From Oikopleura dioica (taxonomy: Eukaryota; Animalia; Chordata): 64,000 nucleotides of DNA. The stretch spans positions 11,160,001 through 11,224,000 of the forward strand of contig OU015567.1 in assembly GCA_907165135.1 (NCBI GenBank), written 5' to 3'. Every line of letters starts with the position of its first letter. The stretch's first letter is position 1. A model generated the notes under the pieces. That model was not told the DNA's origin. It saw only the letters and a list, made by a program, of their open reading frames with translations, and did no database searches. The position numbers and the translations under genes are program-made. Of the stretch, positions 1 to 15,056 are shown in pieces.

Positions 1-185
1 TTTCAATCTAAATTATACATTACATATAACTCCAATCATATAATTGCCAATCAGACTATCTTTCCAAAACACAGATGAATCAGCAAACTTACCAACTCTT
101 ACACATATCAAAACATAACAACCATCTATTGAATAAGTAGCTTATCCCTTGATATTTACGCTTCCTTTTCTTCTCCGCGGTCATC

Positions 186-2789
186 TGCGGTCATTACAGC
201 CGTCAGTTTAAAGTCAAGAATGTATCCATTCCAGAGGCACTAAGGATTGGATTAGCCTCAAAACATGTGAAGATTTGGCGGCGCTTATCAAAAGAGCAGC
301 CCCGCGAAAATAGCGCCCGCGAAAGTTGTTTGATTATAAGAAAGGGCCGTGGTATATTCATTTACAAACAAAAAATAGCCAAAAACGTCTGCACGCGACA
401 TAAATTGCCAACAATAATTAATCCGAGTTGTTTGATTATATCCGGTGCAATCAGCGGGCCATTTTTATTCATTGGAGTTTTAGGGTCTCATCATCGTGAA
501 AATGATAATTGGAGATTGCCAATCAAAGTTATTAAATTCCTCAAGATCTGACCACATTTTGGAACCTTGTGGCTCGCCCATTATTCACGTGACCTTTCGT
601 CGTTACATCATCAAGTGGTTGGTGATGTATAAGAAGCGCGGTCGGGAGAGAGACCGCGCAAAATCCGGCCCGTTCCATTTAGTGTCCCGCGCGGTCAGAC
701 AGAGACCACGTTACCGCGTTACGTCTTATCACGAAGCCAATCTCATCCCTTGTTGTAACCTGTTTTGCGGCTAAGGCTCTCCAGCAATCCACAGAAAAGA
801 GACTTTAAACCAACCAAAACGCTATAACATGATTTTATAATCAACCGCGAAATCTTTGACATCTTAAAATTTCATTTTCGAATTTCTTAAAAACATAATG
901 ATTCTCCCTACTAAATTGCTGCTTAGCTTATGCAAGTGCAAGTCCAGAAGCACGCATTTAGGGAGGCCCAGCGCACGTTTCACCTGATGGACGCGCTTTT
1001 CCACATTGTCAGCCCGCAATTAGCCATGTCCCTTAGAGACGTTTCTCGCTTTCGTAATCAAATCATCTGTGTTGCCCAAGGAGCCAATTACAGGTCTGTT
1101 CGAAAAAATATTCTAGTGCTTAAAGATTTTTCAAGCTGTATAAAATTAGCCGCCGGTTGGCGCAGTAAAATAAAATCGGCTGGCCATAATTGGTACCGCA
1201 GAATATTTTGCAAATTCGGTGATCGGTTTCGTATCAAAACCGAGAAGCACGCCACCGCAAAAGGGTACTCTTTAGCATGGTCCCCGCGGTAGCAGGAATT
1301 TCATTTGCACTATTTCGAAACGAAATTCCGTTCTCTTCTGCTAGGCGCGAAAAAGGCCCAGAGAACAAGAATCATGTGTTTGGGGCTAAGCGTTCCCAGG
1401 TATCCGAGCTGATTCTGTTTCCATCGGCCACGGCCCTTTATGTGGTACTTAGATAAGAGCCAGCGCTGATTTATCGCGCTTATTTAAATTTCAAGAGCAG
1501 GGATTTTGTTTTTGCATTTTATTATGGACGCGAGATGAAAGCGGGGTGCCGCCCGGATCACCACTCAGCCGTCCAACCCACAGACTTGCAGATAAGGGGA
1601 GCATCTTACTTAACCGTAGGAAATGGGTCTCGTCCGCCAATTCCACGTTAGGGAATAAATTCTACCGCACTGATTTGAACTAAAATACGTTTATCGAATA
1701 TTACGCAGCTTGACGAACTCGCCCTGTTTTCCGAATATATCAATTCTTGGCAAGGAATTGAATGAACATCATTTAATCGAATTATACGCTTTCGTTTGAG
1801 TTCCATCGCCTGTTTTTTGTAATTACTTTGAGCAAATAAAAATGTATCGGATGGTTGTTACTGCGGTCAGCAGCTGATAATGGCGGTGGGATGAAAGGCG
1901 CCGGGCGGGATCGATCAGATCATCCCGTAATAACTCTTTCTTTTCGAGCTTGGAGGTGACCACAGAAGTTTAAAAAATTCAGACACCTTCGATTATTATT
2001 AAAAAGACAGGTGCATCTTATTTCTGATAGAATAAAGAAGCGAAATAGCTCGCTGACAAGAAATAATGCGGCACCGTGATAATGCGGTCAATTAGCTTCG
2101 ACCACAAGGTGGAACCGCATGCAACTACGGCGGCTTCGAAATGCACGGCGTTATGCCAGAGACCGTCTTAGGAGCGCAGCTAGAATAATTGAACGCAACA
2201 CTACGTCCCTGTTGCGGCAGCGCTCACGTGCTTTGAGGTCAGTTCTATAACACTGGTGGCTATCTTCTTTTTTAGTTAATTTGAGCGAGATGTTTTATGA
2301 TTTCGAGTACTGCAAGTTTGAATTCATCCATCTTATTCCCAAGAGGAGGTGTAAAGAGTAGCTGCCAATTGAAGGACTCGCTCGTGTTGAAATTTCACGC
2401 CGCCGAGTGCCGTCGTCGCACTGATCGACGAGCCCTGACTTGGCGCTGCTGGTGTAATTGGCGCCGGATGCATTTCACCCACAGCAATCACAATTAACCT
2501 CTTGTCAGAACCATTACCAATTGGGCCCTTGCGAGTTATTCCCTGCTTACATTTCAAAATTGCTAGAATTGATAGTTAGATACCGGCGCGATTTCCAAGA
2601 CTGCAGACTGGAGTCCACTAGCTACTGTAGATTAAACGGGCACTAGAATTTCCACTTTCTTTTGCGCGTGCGTCCCCGGTACACGGACAAGGTGTGATTA
2701 CACATCAAAGAAAACACCGCCTCAGAGGACTGAATGGTCCGCGATTTTACCCACCGCAGCGTATTGTAAATTAACTGCTCGACACCACA
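186..2789. promoter_or_regulatory. Cluster of Runx consensus sites (TGYGGT/ACCRCA) in the large Runx intron; candidate autoregulatory enhancer
   Basis: 11 matches counted by eye, at 186, 551, 1195, 1254, 1664, 1862, 2083, 2101, 2114, 2753 and 2784. No convincing coding exon in this interval. Confidence 0.5.
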
Positions 2790-3028
2790 ACTGAGTAGTA
2801 AGGTGTCGGTGGCGCAGGAAGGGTGACAATATCACTACGCGCGCGGCCGAGCGGCCCTGCTTTGATCTTCCTCCCTCAGCTGGAGGGGTGCACTTTTCAC
2901 GCCGCATTCCAGCATTTTCATCGAACAATAACACATCTACTGATTTATGCATTAAACTCCACGCGCAAACACTCAACTCCGGCGCATTCCTCAAACTTGA
3001 AATCTTTGTTCAAAGAAACAAGGAATAA

Positions 3029-4475
<1,447 letters not shown>

Positions 4476-6525
4476 CCGAAATGTACCATGAAATGACGAA
4501 TAACAGGAAGATTTCGCAAATTTCCAGCATCTCAAAAGCGACACACTCATTTCCTTGTAAAAATATTATAATTTATATATTTTATGACTCCCAGACACGA
4601 TTTTCCATTTAGTTATTCTTTATCATTGCTGATAAAAGAATACTTTTGACTTTATTCTTTGATAATTATTGTAAATAATGTTTCTTTCCTCTTCTTTCTG
4701 CGCACACTGAATCTGAACTGTCCTTTCTTGTTCATTTAAATGCCGATATACGCTCCTGATTGGTCAAAAGCACTCTTGGCTTAGCGCCATCTGCCAGCAG
4801 GAAATCACAAAGTACCCACTTTCCTTCTTCAATCGCGAAGTTCAGAAATTCTACTTTTAAAGACTTTATTAGAATGTTTTTGATAATTTTTCAAAATAGC
4901 ATCTGTGGAGGAGATTGTAAACTGCTAAATAAAAAATATTTACAAATCGAAAATGATCTGTCTTTTTTGATTTTTAATGCATTTGGAATTCATAAATATT
5001 CCAATAGATAAGACAAACGCAAAGGATAGGGATAGAAGAGATTGTCAGTTGATGATAGAAGGTTGTGATGTGGTGGTGCTGTTGCGCCGCCACGAGTGCC
5101 CCTGGCCAGCTCATTGGCCACCGCAAAAACCGCAAACGCACTATACTCGGCCACTATACGCCGCCATTGCAGCCCATCTTCTATTCCACGAAACTAACGA
5201 ATATCTTTGAATATCCAACACCACCAGCTCCAATAAGATCAATAATCATTTCGAAATTTCAAAAAAAAAATATAAAACTAATTATCTCATAATTATATAA
5301 AATTGCCCCTCTAGTTTGAACTTCTGACTGACATCGATCTCACGACGATGTTTGAGTATCCTTCTCTAGGATGATTCCATCGGGGTGTTTCCAGCACTGA
5401 TCTTTTCGGAAACTTCTGCGTAGCAGATGCGGACAAACTGGATTAAATTTTATTTTTTAATATCTGATCATACCGTATCAACAAAGGCTAAATCGAAGGA
5501 GGAAAACAGCTTTGGAAACATATCTGCGCTCGTTTTTTTCCTATTTGCGCTGGGCCTTTTAAAATGGCAAGTATGGCGGTTATCTCCTTGGCTCAGGTAT
5601 TGAGGGGCATTCTTGCGGCTTTTTCGAAGACAAACGTGAGTCACGTGACCTCAGACACCAAATGCGGCTGTCGGGCCGTTCCACTCGGCGACCAAATTTC
5701 GTAAAAACGATTATGTCAATGCGGTAGCGTAACATTTCCGATGCTGCCCGATCCTGCTCGCCTGTAAAGGCTTATTTTAGAAAGAAAATATTTTTCGCCA
5801 GAGCAGATCGCTCTTTTGGTCGAAAAGAGAAAGGTAGAAAAAGAGAGCAATCTGTATGGATGTCTTCGGAAATGTTGTGAATTCGGCCGGAAGTGATTCT
5901 TCATCTTGCTCCTGTAACCTAAGCCACTGGACGCGGGAGCGCTGTCTCCTAAAAGTGCACTATTTTCTCCCTCATCGATCTCATCGCTCACCGCATTTCC
6001 AAAATATTTATGAAGTTCTTCTTCAGCGGTTATTTACCGCAAACCACGTCAAATACGAAGGAAAGAAACGGATAAAATCGTTCTCGATTGTCCCTCAATC
6101 TGTACAGAATTATATAAAGCTCGATAAGGACTTGTAACTAACTGATCTAGGAATCGGCGTTTTCTAATGATTTACGATTGGAAGGCGGCGATACTGTCTC
6201 GTAATCGCACCGTAAATTCAAGGGTCTCTTCCGTCTGTGGCAAGCCTGGCATTTTCGAATTCCTCAATTCTCTTTATCGCCCGTGCTAGTTACTGGTTAA
6301 ATGTTTAGGAAATATGCGAAAGGGGGGAATTATTTTAGGTAACAGAGAGCTGCGCGCCTATCTGACGATGAAAGCAAGATCTTGAGCGGATAAGAAAGCC
6401 TTGAACCTCTATTAAACTTTCTTATCTTCTAAAGAAGTGCTCTATAATTTTGAAATCTTGATAATGATTGTATTTAAGGTTTTTGAACATTCTGGACTTT
6501 CAAGGCAGTGAAGGCGAAAATTGAT

Positions 6526-9500
6526 TCAGGATGATTTTTCAGAATGCGTCGCGAGGACGTCAGCTTCGATCTTCTGATTGATAGGCTTTATGGTGTATCT
6601 GAAATGCATGTGATAATGTCTACGATTGAGCAAGTTACATGATATCTCCAACGATCAAAGGCAAGTTTGGTTCAGGGTTGATAATAACGAAGCCGCGTCC
6701 AGAGTTGGCGGAATTTTGCTTCCCTTGTCTGTATGTCGCCTAAAACGATGAGTATTTGAAAATGATGCGGATTACTTACTTCTTCCATTTTCTCAGAAGG
6801 CACTTTCAGATATTTGGTTCGCTGTTCTATGAGATTATTCAGCTGATCTCGCTCTGTTCTGAGCCTCAAAGGTTCATTGTGAGAATTGAGCATATCTCCA
6901 GCTCCTTCCAAAGTATCAAGAGATCTAAAATTTGATTTATGTGAAGCTAACTACAATCAACTGTTCAATGCTATTAACGGTAAAAATTATTTATAAAAAT
7001 TATCTTGCGTGTTTCGTTCAATAACGAAAGACTACGGTGAAAAATGGAAATCGAAAAATTGAAGAGTTCATGACGATGCCACGGGGCGTTATCTTTATCT
7101 AACTCAATTTGTCTATGATCGAAAAATCTCAATGGTTTGGCCTGGGCATTTGAGAAAAAAAACGGACGCGGTCGAAATCGGCCGAGGCGAAATTCAATTT
7201 GACAAACTCGATCCGCCGCGTTGCTCTTGGTGACATAACGGAGCCCCATTAGCATCCGATACATGCTAGCCTTGGTAATAGCCGTAATCGAACAGAAACC
7301 AAAAATCGACCTCATCGTGGTTGAAAGACGTTCAAAATCTCTCGAGTCAATATGGCAATGCCTTTCTTTGAATTGAAAAAATATCACCAGTGGACTTTTG
7401 GATTTCTTCATGGTAGAAAACATATTCTAAAGAAGCTGTGAAAATATGTGTTTAGCACGTTCCTTCCGCGATCTAGGAATATCTCGCAGCTAAAAATGCT
7501 CTAATTAGCTTCAAGCAGGAGGTCTATTTTTTCGAATTGCGGCTGTGGGTGCGAATTTCGCGGTCCCCGCTCAAATTGTGGAATTTTGCGCTGTGGCTTC
7601 AGCAACTACCGGAGCCCTGGTGCCTCCTACTGTAGCTCTGAAATACTTCTCGATTAATTCACGATCAAGATATCTGAATTTTCGACCGGGGAAGTTTTCC
7701 TGATCGAATTTTAGAGCTGAAGAAAGAAAGCTACTATGATGATCTTATCCAAAAGCCCAATGAACTCTTTTAAAATTTCATTTCCGAGACTGGTTCTTAA
7801 AGCTGCATTTAGTAATATATTAAAAAATGCAAATTGTGGAGACAAGGCGACAGGCCTGCGAGGCCGCCCTGCGTCTCGGCGTGAAAAATTGCCGAATAAT
7901 TCGAAAAAGTAAAAAAGCCCGGTTCGAGTTGCCTCTGTCGCCAATTTGTAGACACTAATTAGCTTCCTATGCTAATTGATTAATTAGCTTTCTTTTAATT
8001 AATTAGAGCAAGAAAGGGTGAGAGATTGATGCTTACCGCCTAAATTTATTCCGAATTGACAAGCCAGCGTCAATTATCCGCGCAGAAAATCGTCTACAAT
8101 TTTTTAAATGTCAAAGAAATCATCATTTAAAACTTGATTCGCATGATTAGGATGATACTTATCAAAATGCTTGATATTTTTTTTGTTAAATTAAAGAACA
8201 TATCGAAATTGCGCATATGTATTTGTGTGACCTTGAAAAATTGCATAGGGATTGCTCGATTCCATATGCTCACGTGCTGATGCAAACGTTAACAAGTTAA
8301 AAAACCGCAGGCCTAGCAATCATAAAAATATCCATGGATATTCAGCAAAGTTAACATTGTTTTCATGCGTTACGAAGATCTTAGAATAGAACATTAAATA
8401 CCTGTCCGAATTCGTTTTATGAACTCCAGAGCTTCTTGAGAAATCGGTCCGCTTCTCGTTGCGATAGATTCCAAGTGGAATCTCTCCTGGGGATTTTTTC
8501 ATGAATGTTGGGGAAACGGAATGATCGTACCTGTGAACTGTGTGAGAATCTTGAACAATTGACTGTAATTAAGGCTCGCTTCTCGCTCCGTTACGGTTAC
8601 CTAAGATTTGAAAATGTTAGTGTCGTTTGTTGCTAAAACATGCATTGAACATTTCGCTTCACTTTTATATATTGTATGTGTATTGTTTTCGATGACAAAA
8701 TATGCCGACTTTGATCGATTTTTCTCATTTGCGGGATGAAAAGAAATGGAATTTAGGGACTCTTTCTTTGTGGAATTTTATATATTTGTGCGACTACTTC
8801 TGAAATAAAAAGGCCTCGTCTTTACGTGAGTCTGCGATGGTTCCTGAGATACCACTGGCTTCCCAGTCGGTTAACCAGTTGGTTAACCAGCAGTGGCCGT
8901 CGCGAAACCAAAAGCAAAGCCGCGTAACAACAGGCGCCCCATAGGCCAACATAATTGTGGCCGCAATTTTCACCCAAAGTTTCATGCTAAGCGGCCACAG
9001 TTGTTCACGTTTGTGGCTGAAAAACCTGAGACGTCTTTCCGATTCAACAGATTTTATCGTGAAAGATGATAAGAGGCTAAACAAAGGAAACTTACAGTGC
9101 CCATGAAGCCACTGCCAGGCTCAAATTGAAGACCGAGAAGGAGACGTAGAAGTTTTGGAAGGTAAGGCTATAGAAAAATTTAGTCAGCGACCATTTAGGA
9201 TTAGTTTTACCTTTGTGAACGATTGGTAAAGAAGAGCGTCAAGCATTGAGCTACAGAAAGCCCGTCCGGATGCGAATGGCCCACGGAAAAGATAGGACAG
9301 CTCGTTCGTCCCCTGGACTGCATCCTCCTTAAAAGACATTTCGTTGGAAACTGTTTCAGAAACCGTGACAGTTCCACCCTGTTTCTCGATTCGTTGTAAC
9401 TTATTCACCCTTAGAAAGAAAACTCACTTTCCATTTGAGCCGGCTATTCTCAATAAACTAGTCATCGAATACTATAAATGCCAAATTTATCAGTAATCAG

Positions 9501-12500
9501 AGTCGTTTCTCAAAAATATCGTCTGAATGCGTTGTTTGGCTATTTTGCCTTTGTCTAGCGGATGAAAATGCTGCTCAACCACGAGCAGCGACCGCGAACT
9601 CAACCGCGGTCTTTACCCGGATAATCCCGACGGACAGTCACTTTTAGCCGAAGAAAACAAAAAGCCAGCCGCCCGGCTACTGCCAGAAAACCGACGACGA
9701 AACCGCGCAAATGGATTGCGGCCTCCTTTTAGCCAGTACCCAGGCCCAGCCAGTGGTCAGCGAGCAACGCGCTGCAGACGGAAAATTCACTGAAGGGCGA
9801 GAACGAATAAGCTCATTTATTTGAGCGAGAAAATTGGGTTTATAATTTTCTAAACGGTTTCCAACTTCGAAAGCAGTTTACCTTTTCGGTTTGTAGGGAA
9901 AAGTTCATGAATCGCATGTTGGACGCGTAGCTCAGCTCCAGAGAAACATTCACAGCGGGAAACAATCTAAAAAAGCAAGTCAATGAGGTCTACTGTCGAA
10001 ACAGTTTCTTGCTAGAAACATTTTAATCAAACCAGCTGTAGAGCAAAGCACGATAAAAGTGTTGGGAAAAGCGGTGCCGAGTGAATCTCCAGTGCTACCG
10101 CGATACACCTCCAGAGACAGGTGGTGCCGTGTATCCGCGGTGCCAATTACTCTGTTAATTCGGACCTATCTGAGCAGATAGGGAGCCGCAATTTTCAAAA
10201 AAAAACTTTCTACGACGCGCTCACGAGAAACCTGCCTATTGGCTTTAATGATAAGCTACGGTAAAAACTACTGAAGAAGTAAATTCCATTCGAGTTACTA
10301 TCTTTATCATCTTACAATAACAGTTTTTATCTCCATTTTTTGCGCGACCGGCTGGTCGGCGCCTCCGACAAAATTCAAGATAATCTCGTTGTGGTCAAAG
10401 ATTTAATTCCAGACATCGCATACTACATGCATATTGTACATATTTGCCGCATAGTTTCCTTATATATAAATTTCATCGCGGCCTGGTGTTCTAGCGGAAA
10501 ACATAAATTTTGCGGTGGCTACCTTATTGCGAATTTACGATTATGTCTTTCTGTCAAACGCAATTATCCTTTTGTTTACAAATCTGGATAAAAAAAAAGA
10601 CCAGCAAAAATAATTTCCGCAAGTAGCTATTAAACTAATGAATTTAAAAGGTACATAAAACAAGCTTTATGGAGCATTTATATTTTTAGTGGCTTTGTTC
10701 CGGCAATTGAGCGGCTAAAATAATCTGGCTAATATTTTCGGGCGTAAAATTTTTAGAAATTTGAAAAACCACAATTTTTGCGCGGTGTAAGCTGCTCTAA
10801 TCCGGCCACTGATCCAATTTGGGCACACACGGGCAACTTCCGCAGACAATGCCACTTCAAAGTGCGAGACCTTAATTTGGCACTGGCAGAAACACAAAAA
10901 GGGCGCAAGAGGAAATTGAATCTTGCGAATTCAATTTAGATCATTTCTTCGTCATTTCTTACCGGCAAATGGTTTCAGTGGCGATGAGTTGCTTTGAATC
11001 GGCCATGTGTTCCTCGGCCATGTAGTTGAGATCGGTAGACGGGTCCCTGTTCAGAATGATAACAGAATGTGCCCACAAGATACCACTTTTCAACAAGTCG
11101 TCGACGCTAGAATTTTTTTTAATCAAAACGATCAAAAGATAGGCACAAGAAAATCTGTTTTCCCACAAAAGGCCATTCCCACGTTCCTTTCTCATCATCA
11201 GGTGTCCTTTTTTGGACATGTTGGGATGTTGTTGGTGGTGGTGTTGGTTGGCCTGGGAAGAGGACGGCTGATCAAAGATTTTTCTTTGGCGTTGTACAAC
11301 AACGCGCCCGCAAGATGACATTTGGCGCCTGAACGATCATTCTGACTGAACGCGATCCAGCCACGAGCTCGTGCCTCACCACCGACCACCACCACAACCA
11401 AGGCTCGCCTTCAAAGTCAACTACCGCAGTGGGAGCAATGCCAGAGCAATTTGCCCATTTACGCGAATAATGGATAGTAAAGTTTAGATCCTTACATCAA
11501 CAAGCTTTCAAAATTGCGACGCAGAGTAATTCTACACAGGCTAGGCATTTATACCTGGTACATGAGCCTTCTTGATAGTACACAAGGGGGAACCAACTGA
11601 TGCAGTCCAAGAAACTCTGAGAAGGCGGCTCCTCCAAAAGCAAAACAATTGGCCTTAGCTCATCAACACTTCTGTAGTAAGCTCTCAGCGGGATAATGAA
11701 ATTATAGAGCGCCATTTGAGCCTCTTCAGCTGAAACGATTATGTGACTTGCAGGCCATGTCTTTTCCCAAACATTTCCAAGTAGCATTTCTTCAACAGAA
11801 GCGGGTTCTTTTCTGATGTAACACAATGTAGGAGTGATGTAGCCAAGGTATGGCGTGCACGGGGGAAAATCGTGTTTGCATTCTCCGAGAAGATCAGACT
11901 TTGAATTGTCGATTTTTTCTGTCCATTCCGACATGTTTTGCTGGAAAGCTTTTGGACCATCCGCATCTGGTGAAATCTTCGTGTTTCGAGGACTTTGAAA
12001 ACCCATTTTAGTTGTATTGATCTCTCCTAGATCATCCAAATTGTCGTCAATGAAAGCACTGTCGCCCTCGTCTGTAAGACATACGTAATAAAGTCGATCT
12101 TCCGGTCCTAGATAGAAGCCCTGGCCCGGATTAAGCTTCAGTTTTCCATCTCGTTCTACGGCAATAAGGATTGCGCCAGTTTTACGATGGACGACGCATG
12201 AGGCTTGTGGAAAGCTGTAGCCAATGTAGCTATTGAAAAACTTCGATTCAGAAGCAATTACGTCGTAGATTTCCATTCCCGCAGATCGATTTAGATGCAC
12301 TTTCCAATCTCCGTGGATGTCGTCGTCGAGGCCTTTCGTCGTGTGGATTAGGAGAGTGATAAACGTGCTCATTCCAGGGATGTCGCAATTCAAAGCGAGC
12401 AGAGCGTACTTCATTTCATCGTCGCACAAGCAATTGTCTGCAAAACCAAGATAGAAAGTGCTCTCAGAACGCAAGCATTGAACAAAAAGCTTTGTTGAAG

Positions 12501-14709
12501 GAGCAAAATCCTTGATTGCCATAGATCGTAGAACTGTGTGCTCGTCAGTCTCAGCTCGAGACAAAATTCCACCTCTTCGAGTTCTATCAGTGCAGATAAA
12601 AACAGCAAGTGCATCGTTTAGTTTTGCTCTGAGGAGATCATCGGAACGATACGTTGAACCAATAATCAGCGTTACTCTTGGTAAGGGGATCAAAAAATTC
12701 GTACTCTTCCTTGATTTCAATTATTTAAACTTTGAATCCCTTGACTAGAATTCCAAAGAGGTGCCTGTAAGAATCTCTTAACAGACGCATCTGGCTCTTT
12801 TGCACAAAACAACACAACAGAGTAGTTTTCAGCGTGCTCGTCAACTTCGTAGAACTCGTGGAGGAAAACAACAACATCGTCGTATTGAAGATCTGTGGTA
12901 CAAAGAACAACATGTTTTCGTGACTCTCTGTATTCCACCAGCCTTTGTTGTTCGAGATAAATAACCGCAATCTGCTCCACGTGGATAGGGATAATTACGA
13001 GAGCAAGAAAGATCATCAGAATAACGATCAATTTCGATGGCCAGATCTTCGGAGACACATCCCCGTATCCAACTGTTGAAAAAGTCACGACGACGAACCA
13101 AAAAGTATCCAACAAGTTCAGATCATTCGCTCCAGCTCGTTCGAAGTGGTTTACAAATCCAAGGCACGTGACGAAGATGCATAGAACAGACATAACGAGC
13201 TGAACGATCTTGTAAAATATAGTAGAATGACTTCTTCTTGAATCTCGCTGCATGAAATTGACTGTTTCGTTGACAAGTGTTCGACCAAGCCAAATGTGGA
13301 GGAATGTGGGAACAAAGGCAACTCTTTTTATAAGGATATAAATTACTTCAAAAATAACACGTTATAGCACATCGGTCTGATCTCCATTTAACAATTCAAG
13401 CTAAAAAAGTCTTACGACCAAGAAACACCTGAAAGATTGACTTTTATCCTCCGATGAAACTGGGCCATAAATTTCGTTTTCAGTAAACTTTTGACAATAG
13501 TCTATCGCACCGTGAAACTTAAACGTAAGTTTCTTTTTGAGTAATTTACGTCCACATTCCTAAGATAATAAAGCATCGACGATAGAACCAGCGGCAAAGA
13601 AATAATACACTCCAAAAGCAAAGTCAGGCTCAAGAATGCGGACGTATTAAATCCGTTGTTGAGGATGGAAATCATTATCGAGTAGACTAAGGTCATGTAG
13701 GTGAATATCACCTCCAAGATCCAAATTGAATATGGTCGGCAGACGAGGAAAATTGGAGCCCATTGGATGTCGAATGTTTCATGACCTGATCGAGACCTTA
13801 AAATTGGCGGTTGAATTGGAGGCAAACAAATAACCCTAGAAAGGCAGTACTTACTGATCAGGTTTCTTCAATTCCACTTTACATGTTGAGTTTTCATTAT
13901 AATTCGGCTCCCATACGCTTTTGCAACAATACGCATCGTCTATCGTGTCAAGGCCAGCTCGAATGAAATAGACCAGAACCAGTATTACCCTGACACAGAG
14001 CATAAACAGCCGGATCGTTGCACTAATAAATTTTGAATTAAGTCGAAGGAGATAATGTATGCGTCAATGATTAAACGACTAGGTTCATTTTAGAGGTTGT
14101 ACTACAACCGTTGTTAGCTTATTTTTGCTTTTATAATTTAAAAAAGCCCTTACGCATTATCAAAGCTGAAAAGTTGATTCAAAGGTGGTAGTAAAAATTT
14201 AAAAGTACTCGATTTATTATAGAGTGCAATATAATCTGGCGTTGCACGCGTCGTCTCTCGCATCTTCAAATTTTGAAATAGAAGCGGAAGTAAACTATCA
14301 ATAGATTCAGCTTGTTCACTAGTCATAAAATTTCATAAGATATGAAAACATCTGAATTTTCTGTGTACCTGGTCGCGGTATTTTTGAAGAAAAATCGATG
14401 GATCCGTTCGCCGAAACTTTCATCGCTGACGTAGTACTGTAGTTTCACCCTGAAAGAATTTTTTATTCAATCTTCAGCTGAGACTCAGCTCAATAAGCCA
14501 GTTATCAAGAGTTATTATCCGTATTTATTTGCAATGTTATTATCTGTAATTTATAGCGAGCTCTGTAAAATTATAATTACAACTCTTATTGATTTGCCAA
14601 TCGATTTTCAAATGAAACAAAGCGAACTTTACTACTGTAATTACGACTCGTTGAAGGCCGAAACGAAGTCCGTATAGCTCACGAATGAAATTGAGTCTCT
14701 AATCGGCAT
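6526..14709 (-). CDS. KCNT: Slo2/KCNT-type (Na+-activated) potassium channel, multi-exon, apparently complete
   Basis: Exon translations match KCNT1/2 in the correct order: VKLQYYVSDESFGERIHRFFFKN (14369-14449), ATIRLFMLCVRVILVLVYFIR, pore WFVVVTFSTVGYGD, RCK segments (EMKYALLALNCDIPGMSTFITLLIHT), SVDDLLKSGILWA..MADSKQL, LFPAVNVSLELSYASNMRFM (~9870-9968), YLFRGPFASGRAFCSSMLDALLYQSF, LRLLLGL..PGSGF (9096-9167), EIPLGIYR, RTERDQLNNLIEQR and FVIINPEPNLPLIVGDIIYTIK. Putative ATG at 14709, TGA at 6526-6528. Confidence 0.92.
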
Positions 14710-15056
14710 TTTCACCGGAGGAAAATAAATATCGCTTTCACTTGCTTGTTTCTCGTAACCAGCATTGCTGCATTTTTTATGAACAAGTCACGAGGGACAT
14801 TATGTTTGCTTCTAATTTTTCAAATTATTTCTCGAGCCTTCTCTGTGATAATACTGAACTTAAAAGATACTCGTACTATTTCAAGTGATACTTTTAATAA
14901 ATAATTCGATCAGCTATGGAAATCTCTCGACTCAATCTCATACATGTTAAATTTCTAATGAAAGCGAAAAGCTACACTCATTCAACTCTTTTTTATTCTT
15001 TCTGTAATCTTATTACGATTGTCTGTTAATTAGATCTGTTATCATTGATCCATGTC

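Noticed and set aside
267-2994. Short ORFs upstream of the Runx exon
   Set aside because: None encodes the missing N-terminal Runt-domain segments or any recognisable domain. They are treated as intronic.
6974-7423. 149-aa ORF on the KCNT strand
   Set aside because: The flanking KCNT exons (~8400 and ~6925) join in phase without it, and it shows no channel similarity. It is treated as intronic and cannot be supported as a gene.
12717-12760. Apparent need for a non-canonical donor between the two large KCNT ORFs
   Set aside because: A canonical GT (TCTA|GTCAAG) with the second AG of CCAAGAG keeps the frame, so a non-canonical intron is not required.
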